64,000 bases of DNA from Candidatus Microgenomatus sp. (lineage in GTDB: Bacteria > Patescibacteriota > Microgenomatia > UBA8517), in the NCBI GenBank assembly GCA_020724555.1, contig DYGT01000004.1:9564-73563 (forward strand), read 5' to 3'. A program made the translations under genes and the position numbers. This document shows, piece after piece, positions 56,450 to 64,000 of this stretch. Within the stretch, counting starts at the first letter, position 1, and each line of letters opens with the position of its first letter. Below the pieces are notes generated by a model. That model saw only the letters and a program-made list of their open reading frames with translations. It made no database searches and was not told where the DNA came from.

Positions 56450-57313
56450 TTACTGTATACGAAGCCCAAGCCGCTGATTGACTAAAGCCACCTGTGTTTG
56501 AGCAACTTTGCCACCCATAAGCTTTTGGCGGTACACATTTACGATTTCATAAACACCGCTTCTTAGCTTCCCGGCGTTGGCTAATTGGGCAATTTCAGCA
56601 AAACTCAAAAACCTATACTCCTTCATGCGGAAACTCGAAAAGCCTTGTGTTCCAGCAATTTCAACCGGTATTTCCAGATGGTAAATAAAAAGCGAAATAT
56701 CCAGTATTTTTATTTTAAAAATCAAATCAAGGTCTTTGTCCGAAATTTTTACGGGGACTACGCCATTGACTGCATTTTTGGAAAAAACCTCTTGCTGAAG
56801 TACACGCATCGCGGAAATCGTTTTATTTTCTCCCTTTTTGGAAAAAGTCATGGGGATGCTGATGGCGCCTCTTTTTTTACCATAAACAAAATTCGGCATG
56901 GAAATGTCTCTGGCTGTTAAAATTTTTTGGGCTTCATTTTTAACGGTTATAACCAGACCGGTAGCGGCACGCCTGGTAATGTCTTGCTTTATGTGGTTAT
57001 AAATCCTGTGCAAGGTAATTTTGGAGGTTTGAAAACTCGGGGGAAGTTTTTTATAAAGCTCTTCTAATGGCAGTTTTTCTTCTGCCAAATACTCCATAAA
57101 CGCCAATGCTTCGCTCATTTTTCCATGAGGACCCGCGGCTTTTACGATATTGTTTTTGTCCAGAAGCCTATGATACGAAGCCGGTGAAATAGGCAAAGCG
57201 TAATAATGTTTTTTTAAAACTGCGTCAACAGAACCATATTTTAAATACTGGGAAATTAAAAATTTATTAAAATCTTCCTCTTTTTTGCGGGGATCTATAT
57301 TCATCATGAACAA
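56450..57313 (-). CDS. Hypothetical soluble protein (287 aa)
   Basis: Long ORF with no recognisable motif. Only the ORF itself supports it. Confidence 0.4.
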   Translation of the reverse strand: MFMMNIDPRKKEEDFNKFLISQYLKYGSVDAVLKKHYYALPISPASYHRLLDKNNIVKAAGPHGKMSEALAFMEYLAEEKLPLEELYKKLPPSFQTSKITLHRIYNHIKQDITRRAATGLVITVKNEAQKILTARDISMPNFVYGKKRGAISIPMTFSKKGENKTISAMRVLQQEVFSKNAVNGVVPVKISDKDLDLIFKIKILDISLFIYHLEIPVEIAGTQGFSSFRMKEYRFLSFAEIAQLANAGKLRSGVYEIVNVYRQKLMGGKVAQTQVALVNQRLGLRIQ

Positions 57314-57338
57314 ATATTATATCGTTTTTACAGAAAGT

Positions 57339-58544
57339 TTATGTTTTAATTACCCGCTTCCCACCAAACATGCGTGGCAACTTCCAGCTTTTCCAAATAA
57401 CGACATTGTACATAAAATAATTATAAGGAAGTACCAAAAACACGATAATGAACGGTAGCAACAATTGGCGGTATTGTTGGCCCAAGAGACTCACCCCTAA
57501 CGAGCCTACCACTGTTTGAATTAAAAGCGCCCCTATTGACGTGCCGTTAAACTGGATAAATTTCAAAAATAACTCACGCGCTCCGGTAATTTTTTCTTTT
57601 TTAAATGTCCAAATATTGTTAAAGGTAAAATTGTTTATTATGGCCAATTCCGTAGAACCCGCCCAGGCGAATACTTCCGGCCAATGCAAACGGCTGGCAA
57701 AAATATAAAGAAAAAACGCATTCACCAGATATCCGGCAAAACCAACCGTTCCGAATTTAATAAACTTTTGCTTGTCTTTTATTCCCAAAATTATGGCTAC
57801 ACGAAAAGTTGATATCATCTCTTTCATACTAAATTTAGAAGTCTCCTCCGTGCGGGGCGCAAACTCCAGAGGGACCTCTTTCACATTTTTAGCGTTTTTT
57901 ATTGATTGATACAAAAGATCTACTTTATAGGCAAACCGTTCGGGCTCCATCAGGCTGTCAAGGTCAATTTTGTCCAAAACGCCTTTTACTTTAGTGAGGC
58001 GAAAACCGGTAGTAAGGTCGTGTAATTTTGGCTTAAGCAAAACCAAACGGATAAATAAATTGCCGAAATAAGATATGGCTTTTCTGTGGATTGCCCACTC
58101 AGAAGGAACCGACCCGCCGGGTATATAACGGCTACCAATAACATAATCCGAACCGTTTAAGTAAGCCTCGACCATGGGCTTCACAAACCTGGGCGGGTGC
58201 TGAAAATCCGCATCCATTTCCATAACAGCATCCGCATTAAGCTTATCTTTGGCATATTTCATACCCCTTATGTATGCCCAGCCAAGGCCTTGTTTAGTTG
58301 ACTCCAAAAGATGAAGATTTTTATATTTTTTCATCTGAGACCGGACAATGTCTCCCGTCCCGTCGTCGGTGCCTTCCGCTGTCAAATCGTTGACGACCAA
58401 AAGATGCATATCTGCAGCAATTTTGGGAAACTCTTTTTCAAACAAAACAGGTACCATTTTACTAATATTTTCAGCCTCCTTATAGGTAGGCATAATAATT
58501 ACGACTTTTTGTTTTAAATTACTCACCATAATCCAATATATCAC
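57339..58544 (-). CDS. GT2 polyprenyl-phosphate sugar synthase (DPM1/GtrB-like) fused to a C-terminal GtrA-like 4-TM domain
   Basis: VVIIMPTYKEAENI; LLVVNDLTAEGTDDGTGDIV; GLGWAYIRGM; MDADFQH. C-terminal GTVGFAGYLVNAFFLYIF...ELAIINNFTFNNIWTFK is the GtrA signature. Confidence 0.85.
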   Translation of the reverse strand: MIYWIMVSNLKQKVVIIMPTYKEAENISKMVPVLFEKEFPKIAADMHLLVVNDLTAEGTDDGTGDIVRSQMKKYKNLHLLESTKQGLGWAYIRGMKYAKDKLNADAVMEMDADFQHPPRFVKPMVEAYLNGSDYVIGSRYIPGGSVPSEWAIHRKAISYFGNLFIRLVLLKPKLHDLTTGFRLTKVKGVLDKIDLDSLMEPERFAYKVDLLYQSIKNAKNVKEVPLEFAPRTEETSKFSMKEMISTFRVAIILGIKDKQKFIKFGTVGFAGYLVNAFFLYIFASRLHWPEVFAWAGSTELAIINNFTFNNIWTFKKEKITGARELFLKFIQFNGTSIGALLIQTVVGSLGVSLLGQQYRQLLLPFIIVFLVLPYNYFMYNVVIWKSWKLPRMFGGKRVIKT

Positions 58545-58546
58545 AC

Positions 58547-60205
58547 CTAATTGTTTTTACGAAAGTACATTTGCACTTTATCTTCTTCGATTTGTGTGGT
58601 GGGTGTTTTAAAAAGATGCTCAGGCAGCTCTGCAATATTGTTATAGCCGTAATCCAAAATATCCAAAGTTACTTTTTCAAAATCTCCCTTAGCAATAATT
58701 TTATTTAATTCATCTTCATAAAAATGGTTTTTTCTGGGGATAACCACGTCAACTTCCTCATCTTTAAAATCTTCAGAATACCCATTCTCCACAACCACTT
58801 TGCTGTCAAAATAAAAAACATAAGTATAACTTGCATAATTTGTGGCAATAACAAGATCTTTTTTATTTTTATACCTACCGTCAATTTCAGTGAGGATTAA
58901 ATCCATAGGCCCCACATAATCGTACGTCAACTCATACACATTTCCCCACCAAGATGGTAATTTAAAAATGCTACTTATAACTAAAATAGACACTAAAAAA
59001 TATTGATATGCTTTTTTTGCTTCAGGCGATAAAACCCTCAAGATACAAATGCTATCGACTAATATTGAAGCTATACCAAGAGGAATAAGAAGAAAATAGT
59101 AACGTATAAAAAGTACGGGTACGCGTGTGATAACTACTATATAAATTACATAAATAATAAAAAAATAAATGCTAATATTTAATAAATTATTCTTTAAAAT
59201 TTCTTCTTTAAATTTTTTATTCAAACTTCGCGAAAACCCCGCTCGGCGGGGATAAAGCAATGCCGTGAACGAACTTTGAGAATAAGTAATATAAAATAAA
59301 ATAATTTTTGTAGTTAAAACTACAAATAAATACTCATGTTTAAATAAATACTCTAAAGTTTTTCCCAAATTCCAAAGTTGAAAGCGAAAGCTAAAATTTT
59401 TACTGCCAAAAAACAAAAGGGAAGTAAAATCAGTAAGCTCCTTTGAAGTTTTAAACGTTTCAAAAAATAAAGATAAAGGCAGAGTAATCAAACCAATAAA
59501 TATGAGCATGCCTAATTTCTTTTTAGATACTTTCTTGTATAAAAGCGACAAAAAAACTTCAAAAATAAAAGTAGAAAACAAAACAATATAAAATGCCGGA
59601 TGATATGACAAATAAAAAAATAGGCTGCTAATTATCAGTAAAAACGCCCATAGCCATTTGCGCGAATATTTTTCCTTAAATTTCAAATAGGCAGATAGAT
59701 AAAACGAGAAAGATAAAATAACAAGTGAGTAATACCTCGCTTCAATAGAATGAAGTGTGTATGAAACAGATAATATAAGAAGCATAAATAAAGCTGCAGC
59801 AAACCTTGGTTTTTCCTTATTATCCAGATAGCGGCTGATAGTAAAATATAAAATTAGCACACCACCTATTGATGCAAAAGCAAATGGAGTGCGGATAAGA
59901 GCGGTTTTTAAATATAAATCATTGGTTAAATTGCCCAAAAAAACAAACGGAGCAGCCACATAAAATTCAGCCCATCCATGGCAAAGATATAAATTTAAGC
60001 TATCTTTTACACAGATAGAATTACCTTTTTTTAAGGTAACATTTAAATTTGTTTTGCCGTCATCCACAAGAGGCACACCATAACGAAGAACCCTTTGCGC
60101 CATCGCCCCAGTGTTGCCTTCATCGTTCCACAGCAAATAATCATCTATCCGTACTAAAATATTTAAGCTAAAAAGAAAAAATATAATTAGCGCCAGATAA
60201 CGCAT
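58547..60205 (-). CDS. Large polytopic membrane protein (552 aa), unclassified. Possible GT-C acceptor-transferase partner of the adjacent GtrB-GtrA fusion.
   Basis: First-loop acidic segment WNDEGNTGAMAQRVLRYGVPLVDDGKTN. Many TM segments plus a C-terminal soluble domain. The assignment rests on context only. Confidence 0.35.
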   Translation of the reverse strand: MRYLALIIFFLFSLNILVRIDDYLLWNDEGNTGAMAQRVLRYGVPLVDDGKTNLNVTLKKGNSICVKDSLNLYLCHGWAEFYVAAPFVFLGNLTNDLYLKTALIRTPFAFASIGGVLILYFTISRYLDNKEKPRFAAALFMLLILSVSYTLHSIEARYYSLVILSFSFYLSAYLKFKEKYSRKWLWAFLLIISSLFFYLSYHPAFYIVLFSTFIFEVFLSLLYKKVSKKKLGMLIFIGLITLPLSLFFETFKTSKELTDFTSLLFFGSKNFSFRFQLWNLGKTLEYLFKHEYLFVVLTTKIILFYITYSQSSFTALLYPRRAGFSRSLNKKFKEEILKNNLLNISIYFFIIYVIYIVVITRVPVLFIRYYFLLIPLGIASILVDSICILRVLSPEAKKAYQYFLVSILVISSIFKLPSWWGNVYELTYDYVGPMDLILTEIDGRYKNKKDLVIATNYASYTYVFYFDSKVVVENGYSEDFKDEEVDVVIPRKNHFYEDELNKIIAKGDFEKVTLDILDYGYNNIAELPEHLFKTPTTQIEEDKVQMYFRKNN

Positions 60206-60214
60206 AAATCATTG

Positions 60215-60220
60215 TATAAT
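60215..60220 (+). promoter_or_regulatory. Perfect TATAAT hexamer 6 nt upstream of the trmD ATG. Possible -10 element of a leaderless trmD transcript.
   Basis: tataat at 60215..60220. The ATG is at 60227, which is 21 nt from the divergent minus-strand start at 60205. Confidence 0.3.
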
Positions 60221-60226
60221 AGCCTT

Positions 60227-60895
60227 ATGCAAATAGATATTCTTACCCTTTTTCCCGAAATATTTTCCGGCCCTTTTAGTGAGTCCATGCTCAAGCGCGC
60301 GCAAGAAAAAAAACTTGTTCAGATTAATATTCATAACCTTCGAAGCTGGGCTGTTGATAAACACAATACGGTAGATGATAGACCATATGGCGGTGGCGCA
60401 GGAATGGTTATCATGGTAGAACCGGTGGACAAAGCTTTAAATCAAATTAAAACAAAAGATGCTCATGTCATTCTTATGTCGCCACAAGGGACGCGTTTTA
60501 ATCAACAGATGGCACAAAATTTAGCCAAAAACAAACATATTATTATTATCTGCGGGCATTATGAAGGCTTTGACGAGCGCATCCGTCTGCATTTAATTGA
60601 TGAAGAAATTTCTTTGGGAGATTTTATCCTCACTGGCGGCGAAATTCCTGCTATGGCCGTCGTGGATGCAACTGTCAGACTTTTACCGGGTGTTTTGGGA
60701 AAAACAGAGTCTTTGGCTGAAGAATCACACACAAAACCCGGTTACCTGGAATACCCTCACTACACGCGTCCGGTGGAATACAAAGGCTGGGAGGTGCCCG
60801 AAGTGCTTTTATCCGGAAACCATGCAGAAATCAAAAAATGGCGGGAGAAAAATTCTAGGAAGACTTCCGGGATTTCTGATACCAATAACGGTTGA
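60227..60895 (+). CDS. trmD: tRNA (guanine37-N1)-methyltransferase TrmD
   Basis: MQIDILTLFPEIF...TVDDRPYGGGAGMVIMVEPV...ICGHYEGFDERI...LTGGEIPAMAVVDA...LSGNHAEIKKWR is collinear with E. coli TrmD. The ORF-track start at 60212 is a TTG, so ATG 60227 is the likelier start. Confidence 0.95.
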   Translation: MQIDILTLFPEIFSGPFSESMLKRAQEKKLVQINIHNLRSWAVDKHNTVDDRPYGGGAGMVIMVEPVDKALNQIKTKDAHVILMSPQGTRFNQQMAQNLAKNKHIIIICGHYEGFDERIRLHLIDEEISLGDFILTGGEIPAMAVVDATVRLLPGVLGKTESLAEESHTKPGYLEYPHYTRPVEYKGWEVPEVLLSGNHAEIKKWREKNSRKTSGISDTNNG

Positions 60896-61577
60896 CTTCA
60901 TACAAACTGTCAAATGTTCCTGCATCACTCCAAAAACCGTTTAAAGTGGCACTTTTTAAGCTTCCTTCCCGCAAATAAATATTATTTAAATCAGTTACTT
61001 CCAGTTCGCCCCGAGCCGATGGTCTGAGCATTCGGATTTTATCAAATACCGTGTTATCGTAAATATAGAGTCCGGTTTGCACAAAATTTGACTTTGGTTT
61101 TTTAGGTTTTTCTTCTATTGCGATTAATTTGCCTTTTTTATCAAACACACCCACGCCAAAACGTGAAGGATCCTTAACTTTCTTAAAAAATATCAAGGCT
61201 CCGTCTTTAAAATTTTTAACCTCCCGGGAAATGTCGGCATCTGTACAATTATCACCCAAAATCACGCATATCGAGCTATTATCCGAAAAATCCTCTGCTA
61301 AAGAGAGCGCCTGAGAAATACCACCTTCTTCTTCCTGATAAGCAAATTCGATGTGTTTTACCCCAAGCTCTTTGCCGTTTTTTAAGACACGCACAAAATG
61401 ACCCGCATATGGCCCCCCAACTACCACCAAAATTTCATCAATACCAGTTTTAACAAGAGTACTGATGGGATAATAAACCATTGGCTTATCATACACCGGC
61501 AGCAGGTGCTTATTGGTTGCGTATGTTAAAGGATATAGCCGTGTACCCAAACCACCGGCAAGTACTACACCTTTCAT
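60855..61577 (-). CDS. Sugar-phosphate nucleotidyltransferase (glucose-1-phosphate thymidylyltransferase RmlA-like, short form)
   Basis: MKGVVLAGGLGTRLYPLTYATNKHLLPVYDKPMVYYPISTLVKTGIDEILVVVGG. Confidence 0.75.
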   Translation of the reverse strand: MKGVVLAGGLGTRLYPLTYATNKHLLPVYDKPMVYYPISTLVKTGIDEILVVVGGPYAGHFVRVLKNGKELGVKHIEFAYQEEEGGISQALSLAEDFSDNSSICVILGDNCTDADISREVKNFKDGALIFFKKVKDPSRFGVGVFDKKGKLIAIEEKPKKPKSNFVQTGLYIYDNTVFDKIRMLRPSARGELEVTDLNNIYLREGSLKSATLNGFWSDAGTFDSLYEVNRYWYQKSRKSS

Positions 61578-61592
61578 ATATGATTATTCCTT

Positions 61593-62105
61593 TTAAGTAT
61601 ATCTGTCGGCGACAGTGCTTGCAGCCCAGCTTTCCGGTTTTGTTTTAGCTATAAAACCGTTTCCGGTCACCATACCCACTACTTCGCGGATCATTTGGCG
61701 CGTTGGCCCCAGAGCACCCACGTCAATGTGTATCTCCAAATCATACTTTGCCGGGGATATGGCTGCACGCAAATCCGGTACCAACTCGTGGGCGATTTCC
61801 AAAGATTTCATGGTTTCCGCGTATATTTTATCGCGAAGAACAAAAGGTTTATTAATTTTTTCTTTATACCAAAAATAGCGCGCACCACGCCCCATTCTAT
61901 GGATGACAATTGCCGTAACAAAATCGCATTCACTATGGCTATTTACCCGTTTGAGCTGTGAATCCGTTCCAATGACCAAACGGTAATAATCAAACGGCTC
62001 ACTTTTCACAAACTCAGAAATTTCCTGGATCATATAGCCCGTTGATAACAGGCCTTTGCTGGGGCTATAAAAATTTATATTTTTCATCCTCCCAGAGTAT
62101 ACCAC
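61593..62105 (-). CDS. Hypothetical protein, possibly DUF458/YkuK-like with an RNase H-like fold
   Basis: 170 aa. LVIGTDSQLKRVNSHSECDFVTAIVIHR resembles the N-terminal acidic beta-strand of that family. Weak evidence. Confidence 0.3.
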   Translation of the reverse strand: MVYSGRMKNINFYSPSKGLLSTGYMIQEISEFVKSEPFDYYRLVIGTDSQLKRVNSHSECDFVTAIVIHRMGRGARYFWYKEKINKPFVLRDKIYAETMKSLEIAHELVPDLRAAISPAKYDLEIHIDVGALGPTRQMIREVVGMVTGNGFIAKTKPESWAASTVADRYT

Positions 62106-62106
62106 T

Positions 62107-62376
62107 TTAACTTCGGAAAATTACCGAAAGCACGACCGCCAAACCAAATAAGGCTACTGCCACATATTCTAAAACAATCTCCAACGATAAATCTTGATGG
62201 ATGTGGTGGTGAACAATACCCCAAATAACGTGTGATATGGCTAAAGATATAGCTACCCCCGCTTGGAACTGTTTGTCATAAGAAAATATCCAAAAAGCTA
62301 AAATTCCCGCTGTAAAAATACCAATTAAGGGCAAATAATGGGGCAGATGATCATACCTATTTATATTTTTTGACAT
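62107..62376 (-). CDS. Small membrane protein (89 aa, 2-3 TM segments, His-rich loop HHHIHQD)
   Basis: ORF plus hydrophobicity. Its stop abuts the start of the downstream gene. Confidence 0.4.
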   Translation of the reverse strand: MSKNINRYDHLPHYLPLIGIFTAGILAFWIFSYDKQFQAGVAISLAISHVIWGIVHHHIHQDLSLEIVLEYVAVALFGLAVVLSVIFRS

Positions 62377-63330
62377 TTATATAATCTGACCTGCTTTAAC
62401 TATAAGAACAACTAAAATTATCATACCCATAAAAGAAACGTGTGCCAGACTCCTTCCGGTCGAGCGCACAATACCCTTTTTGAAAGCAATTACCGAATCT
62501 ATCAGCAAAACAACCAAAAACATCGAAACTAGGGTAATTGACACAATTTTGGTCAGATTTAAAGGCGATATCACCACCTCTCTTATTTCATCGGCTGCGC
62601 TTAAGGTAACGCCGTTATCTAAGACAATCGCGTCAATGGCAATTGCGTTTGGTTTAACCTGCTCTTTGTTCTCTGTCTGAGGAGCGTTTTTTACCTCCAC
62701 CACTTCAGCAACAGACTCCCCCGGGGCCTGTGCAACTAGGTTTTGAGGGGCCTTGTTGGCGGGCACTCCGGCGGTTTGTCCCGCTTGGGTTCCAAACAAC
62801 TGAACCACAAGCGTTGTTTCTACACCGTTTAAATCCCCCTCAACCACAGCTACACCTATCTCGTTGTACTTATCGGACAATAAATTATCCCTGTGTGTAG
62901 GTGAAGCCATCCACGCTTCCACGGCGCTACCGGGGCTACTAAAATCACGCGCCAGGTTTTCACCGGCATAGCGGTAATCGTACCCCACTGATTGAAAAAA
63001 ATACCATGGCTCAACACCATCCGGAGAAACGTGTGCCCAATAATCTTTTTCCAGCATATCAAGCCCTTTTTGCCTTGCGGCTTCTACAAGTAGCGGATTT
63101 TCACTCAAAGGCGAAAGTCCTGCTTCCAGCCTTTTATCGTTACTTAACTTAATAACTTCTGCTGGAGAAATTTGCGAAGCATAACCCAATACACCAATTT
63201 TCCCGGTAATATCAATGACTTCCTGATACAAAAAAACAAAAGCTATTAAAACCAAAAGACCGGGAAGCTGAAGAAGCCGCGCTCGGTAATTATTATTTGA
63301 ATGGGGTACAAAAACATGGGCAAGGCTCAT
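62377..63330 (-). CDS. CAP/SCP/PR-1-like domain protein (YkwD-like) with an N-terminal TM anchor and a C-terminal TM segment
   Basis: YAGENLA; AVEAWMASPTHRDNLLSDKYNEIGVAV. Confidence 0.75.
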   Translation of the reverse strand: MSLAHVFVPHSNNNYRARLLQLPGLLVLIAFVFLYQEVIDITGKIGVLGYASQISPAEVIKLSNDKRLEAGLSPLSENPLLVEAARQKGLDMLEKDYWAHVSPDGVEPWYFFQSVGYDYRYAGENLARDFSSPGSAVEAWMASPTHRDNLLSDKYNEIGVAVVEGDLNGVETTLVVQLFGTQAGQTAGVPANKAPQNLVAQAPGESVAEVVEVKNAPQTENKEQVKPNAIAIDAIVLDNGVTLSAADEIREVVISPLNLTKIVSITLVSMFLVVLLIDSVIAFKKGIVRSTGRSLAHVSFMGMIILVVLIVKAGQII

Positions 63331-63379
63331 ATATAAATATTACCCCGTAGGATCACCTTAATCAACGAGATAAGTTGGG

Positions 63380-63769
63380 TTAAATATACTGCTTTAACCG
63401 TTCAATCACTTCTTTGGGAGTATAATTTGCTTTTATCAAATACTCCTTTACACCAAGCTCCTTGGCCTTGCCGTCCTCTGCTTCCTGCGAAAGGTTTGAG
63501 ATTATAACAACAGGGATATTTTTGCCATATGCGTCTTGGCGCAGACGGGTGAGCATATCAATTCCCGATAATTTAGGCATCATTACATCCAAAATAATTC
63601 CATCCGGCTTATATTCCAAAGCTTTTTTCAAACCCTCCTGCCCATCTTGAGCAGTTATCACACGAAATCCCTCTGAGGCTATTTTGGTTTTATACATTTT
63701 GGTAAGTAAAGGATCGTCCTCAATTACCATCAAAAGTTTTGCTTGAGTCTTTGTGTTTTGGTTTATCAC
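63380..63769 (-). CDS. Response regulator, receiver domain only (CheY-like)
   Basis: LMVIEDDPLLTKMY...DGIILDVMMPKLSGIDML...NIPVVIISNL. Confidence 0.85.
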   Translation of the reverse strand: MINQNTKTQAKLLMVIEDDPLLTKMYKTKIASEGFRVITAQDGQEGLKKALEYKPDGIILDVMMPKLSGIDMLTRLRQDAYGKNIPVVIISNLSQEAEDGKAKELGVKEYLIKANYTPKEVIERLKQYI

Positions 63770-63781
63770 GAGTTTATTATA

Positions 63782-64000
63782 CTACAAATTTCCGGTGTCA
63801 CTTTTATTAATTTTAATTGGCAGTTCAAACCAGAAATCAGACCCCCTGCCCGGCTTCGATTCCACGCCAATGTTTCCACCAAATTTTTGTATCAAAAGCT
63901 TAGAAATATAAAGCCCCAGCCCGCTTCCGATGGTTTTACCCACATCTGAGCGTATTCTATAAAATTTATTAAACAATTTCTTTTGTTCATGCTGTGAAAT
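63782..64000 (-). CDS. Sensor histidine kinase, C-terminal HATPase_c portion (partial; the N-terminus lies beyond the right window edge)
   Basis: GSGLGLYISKLLIQKFGGNIGVESKPGRGSDFWFELP (G2 box). Confidence 0.75.
   Translation of the reverse strand: MSQHEQKKLFNKFYRIRSDVGKTIGSGLGLYISKLLIQKFGGNIGVESKPGRGSDFWFELPIKINKSDTGNL

Noticed and set aside
56254-56481. 75-aa ORF as a confident protein-coding gene
   Set aside because: Its composition is atypical, there is no recognisable motif, and it overlaps the 3' end of the convergent gene. I left it as an observation rather than a feature.
63380-64000. Two-component system as the dedicated regulator of the glycosylation locus
   Set aside because: The response regulator is receiver-only with no DNA-binding domain, and the kinase is truncated by the window edge. 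Adjacency alone does not support a regulatory link.

Overview
This is a 64-kb, visibly AT-rich, extremely gene-dense window. I recognised no tRNA, rRNA, CRISPR array, transposase or integrase. Almost everything is coding, mostly on the minus strand, and consecutive genes abut or overlap by 1-44 nt. Position 1 to 35965 is one uninterrupted co-directional gene string whose largest gap is 31 bp.

The window is dominated by an unusual concentration of lipid-carrier-dependent (extracytoplasmic) glycosylation genes. At least 26 large polytopic membrane proteins fall into at least five paralogous GT-C-like families:
- Family A, GT39/PMT/ArnT-like with a DEAxxGYNAYS first-loop motif: 8 full-length copies, 1 divergent copy, 1 more ArnT-like copy, and 2 half-size derivatives.
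- Family C, ArnT-like with a D(Q/E)xRDA...GPxTS...GPxYYY motif: 4 copies.
- Family B, with an HDD...DGQIPCR...FPWR motif: 3 tandem copies.
- Family D, PIG-V/GT76-like with a DGxHYxxIAxxGY motif: 2 copies.
- Family E, with an H-x-DL motif: 2 copies.
- One YfhO-like 789-aa protein and several unclassified large membrane proteins.

Interleaved with these are five DPM1/GtrB-like polyprenyl-phosphate sugar synthases (one fused to a GtrA domain) and two PST/Wzx-type flippases. There are also four further GT2 and three GT4 transferases, three SAM-methyltransferase domains (one fused to a GT4), an SDR oxidoreductase, a DUF1704/MATCAP-like HExxH protein and an NrnA-like DHH phosphoesterase.

The right end carries ordinary genes: trmD, an RmlA-like sugar nucleotidyltransferase, a CAP-domain protein, a receiver-only response regulator and a partial histidine kinase. 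A minus-strand CDS that runs off the left edge (1..1395) is absent from the ORF track, but I verified its frame as open.

The organism looks like a small-genome, uncultivated bacterium of the CPR/Patescibacteria style. That is inference only, from the compactness, AT-richness and gene content.
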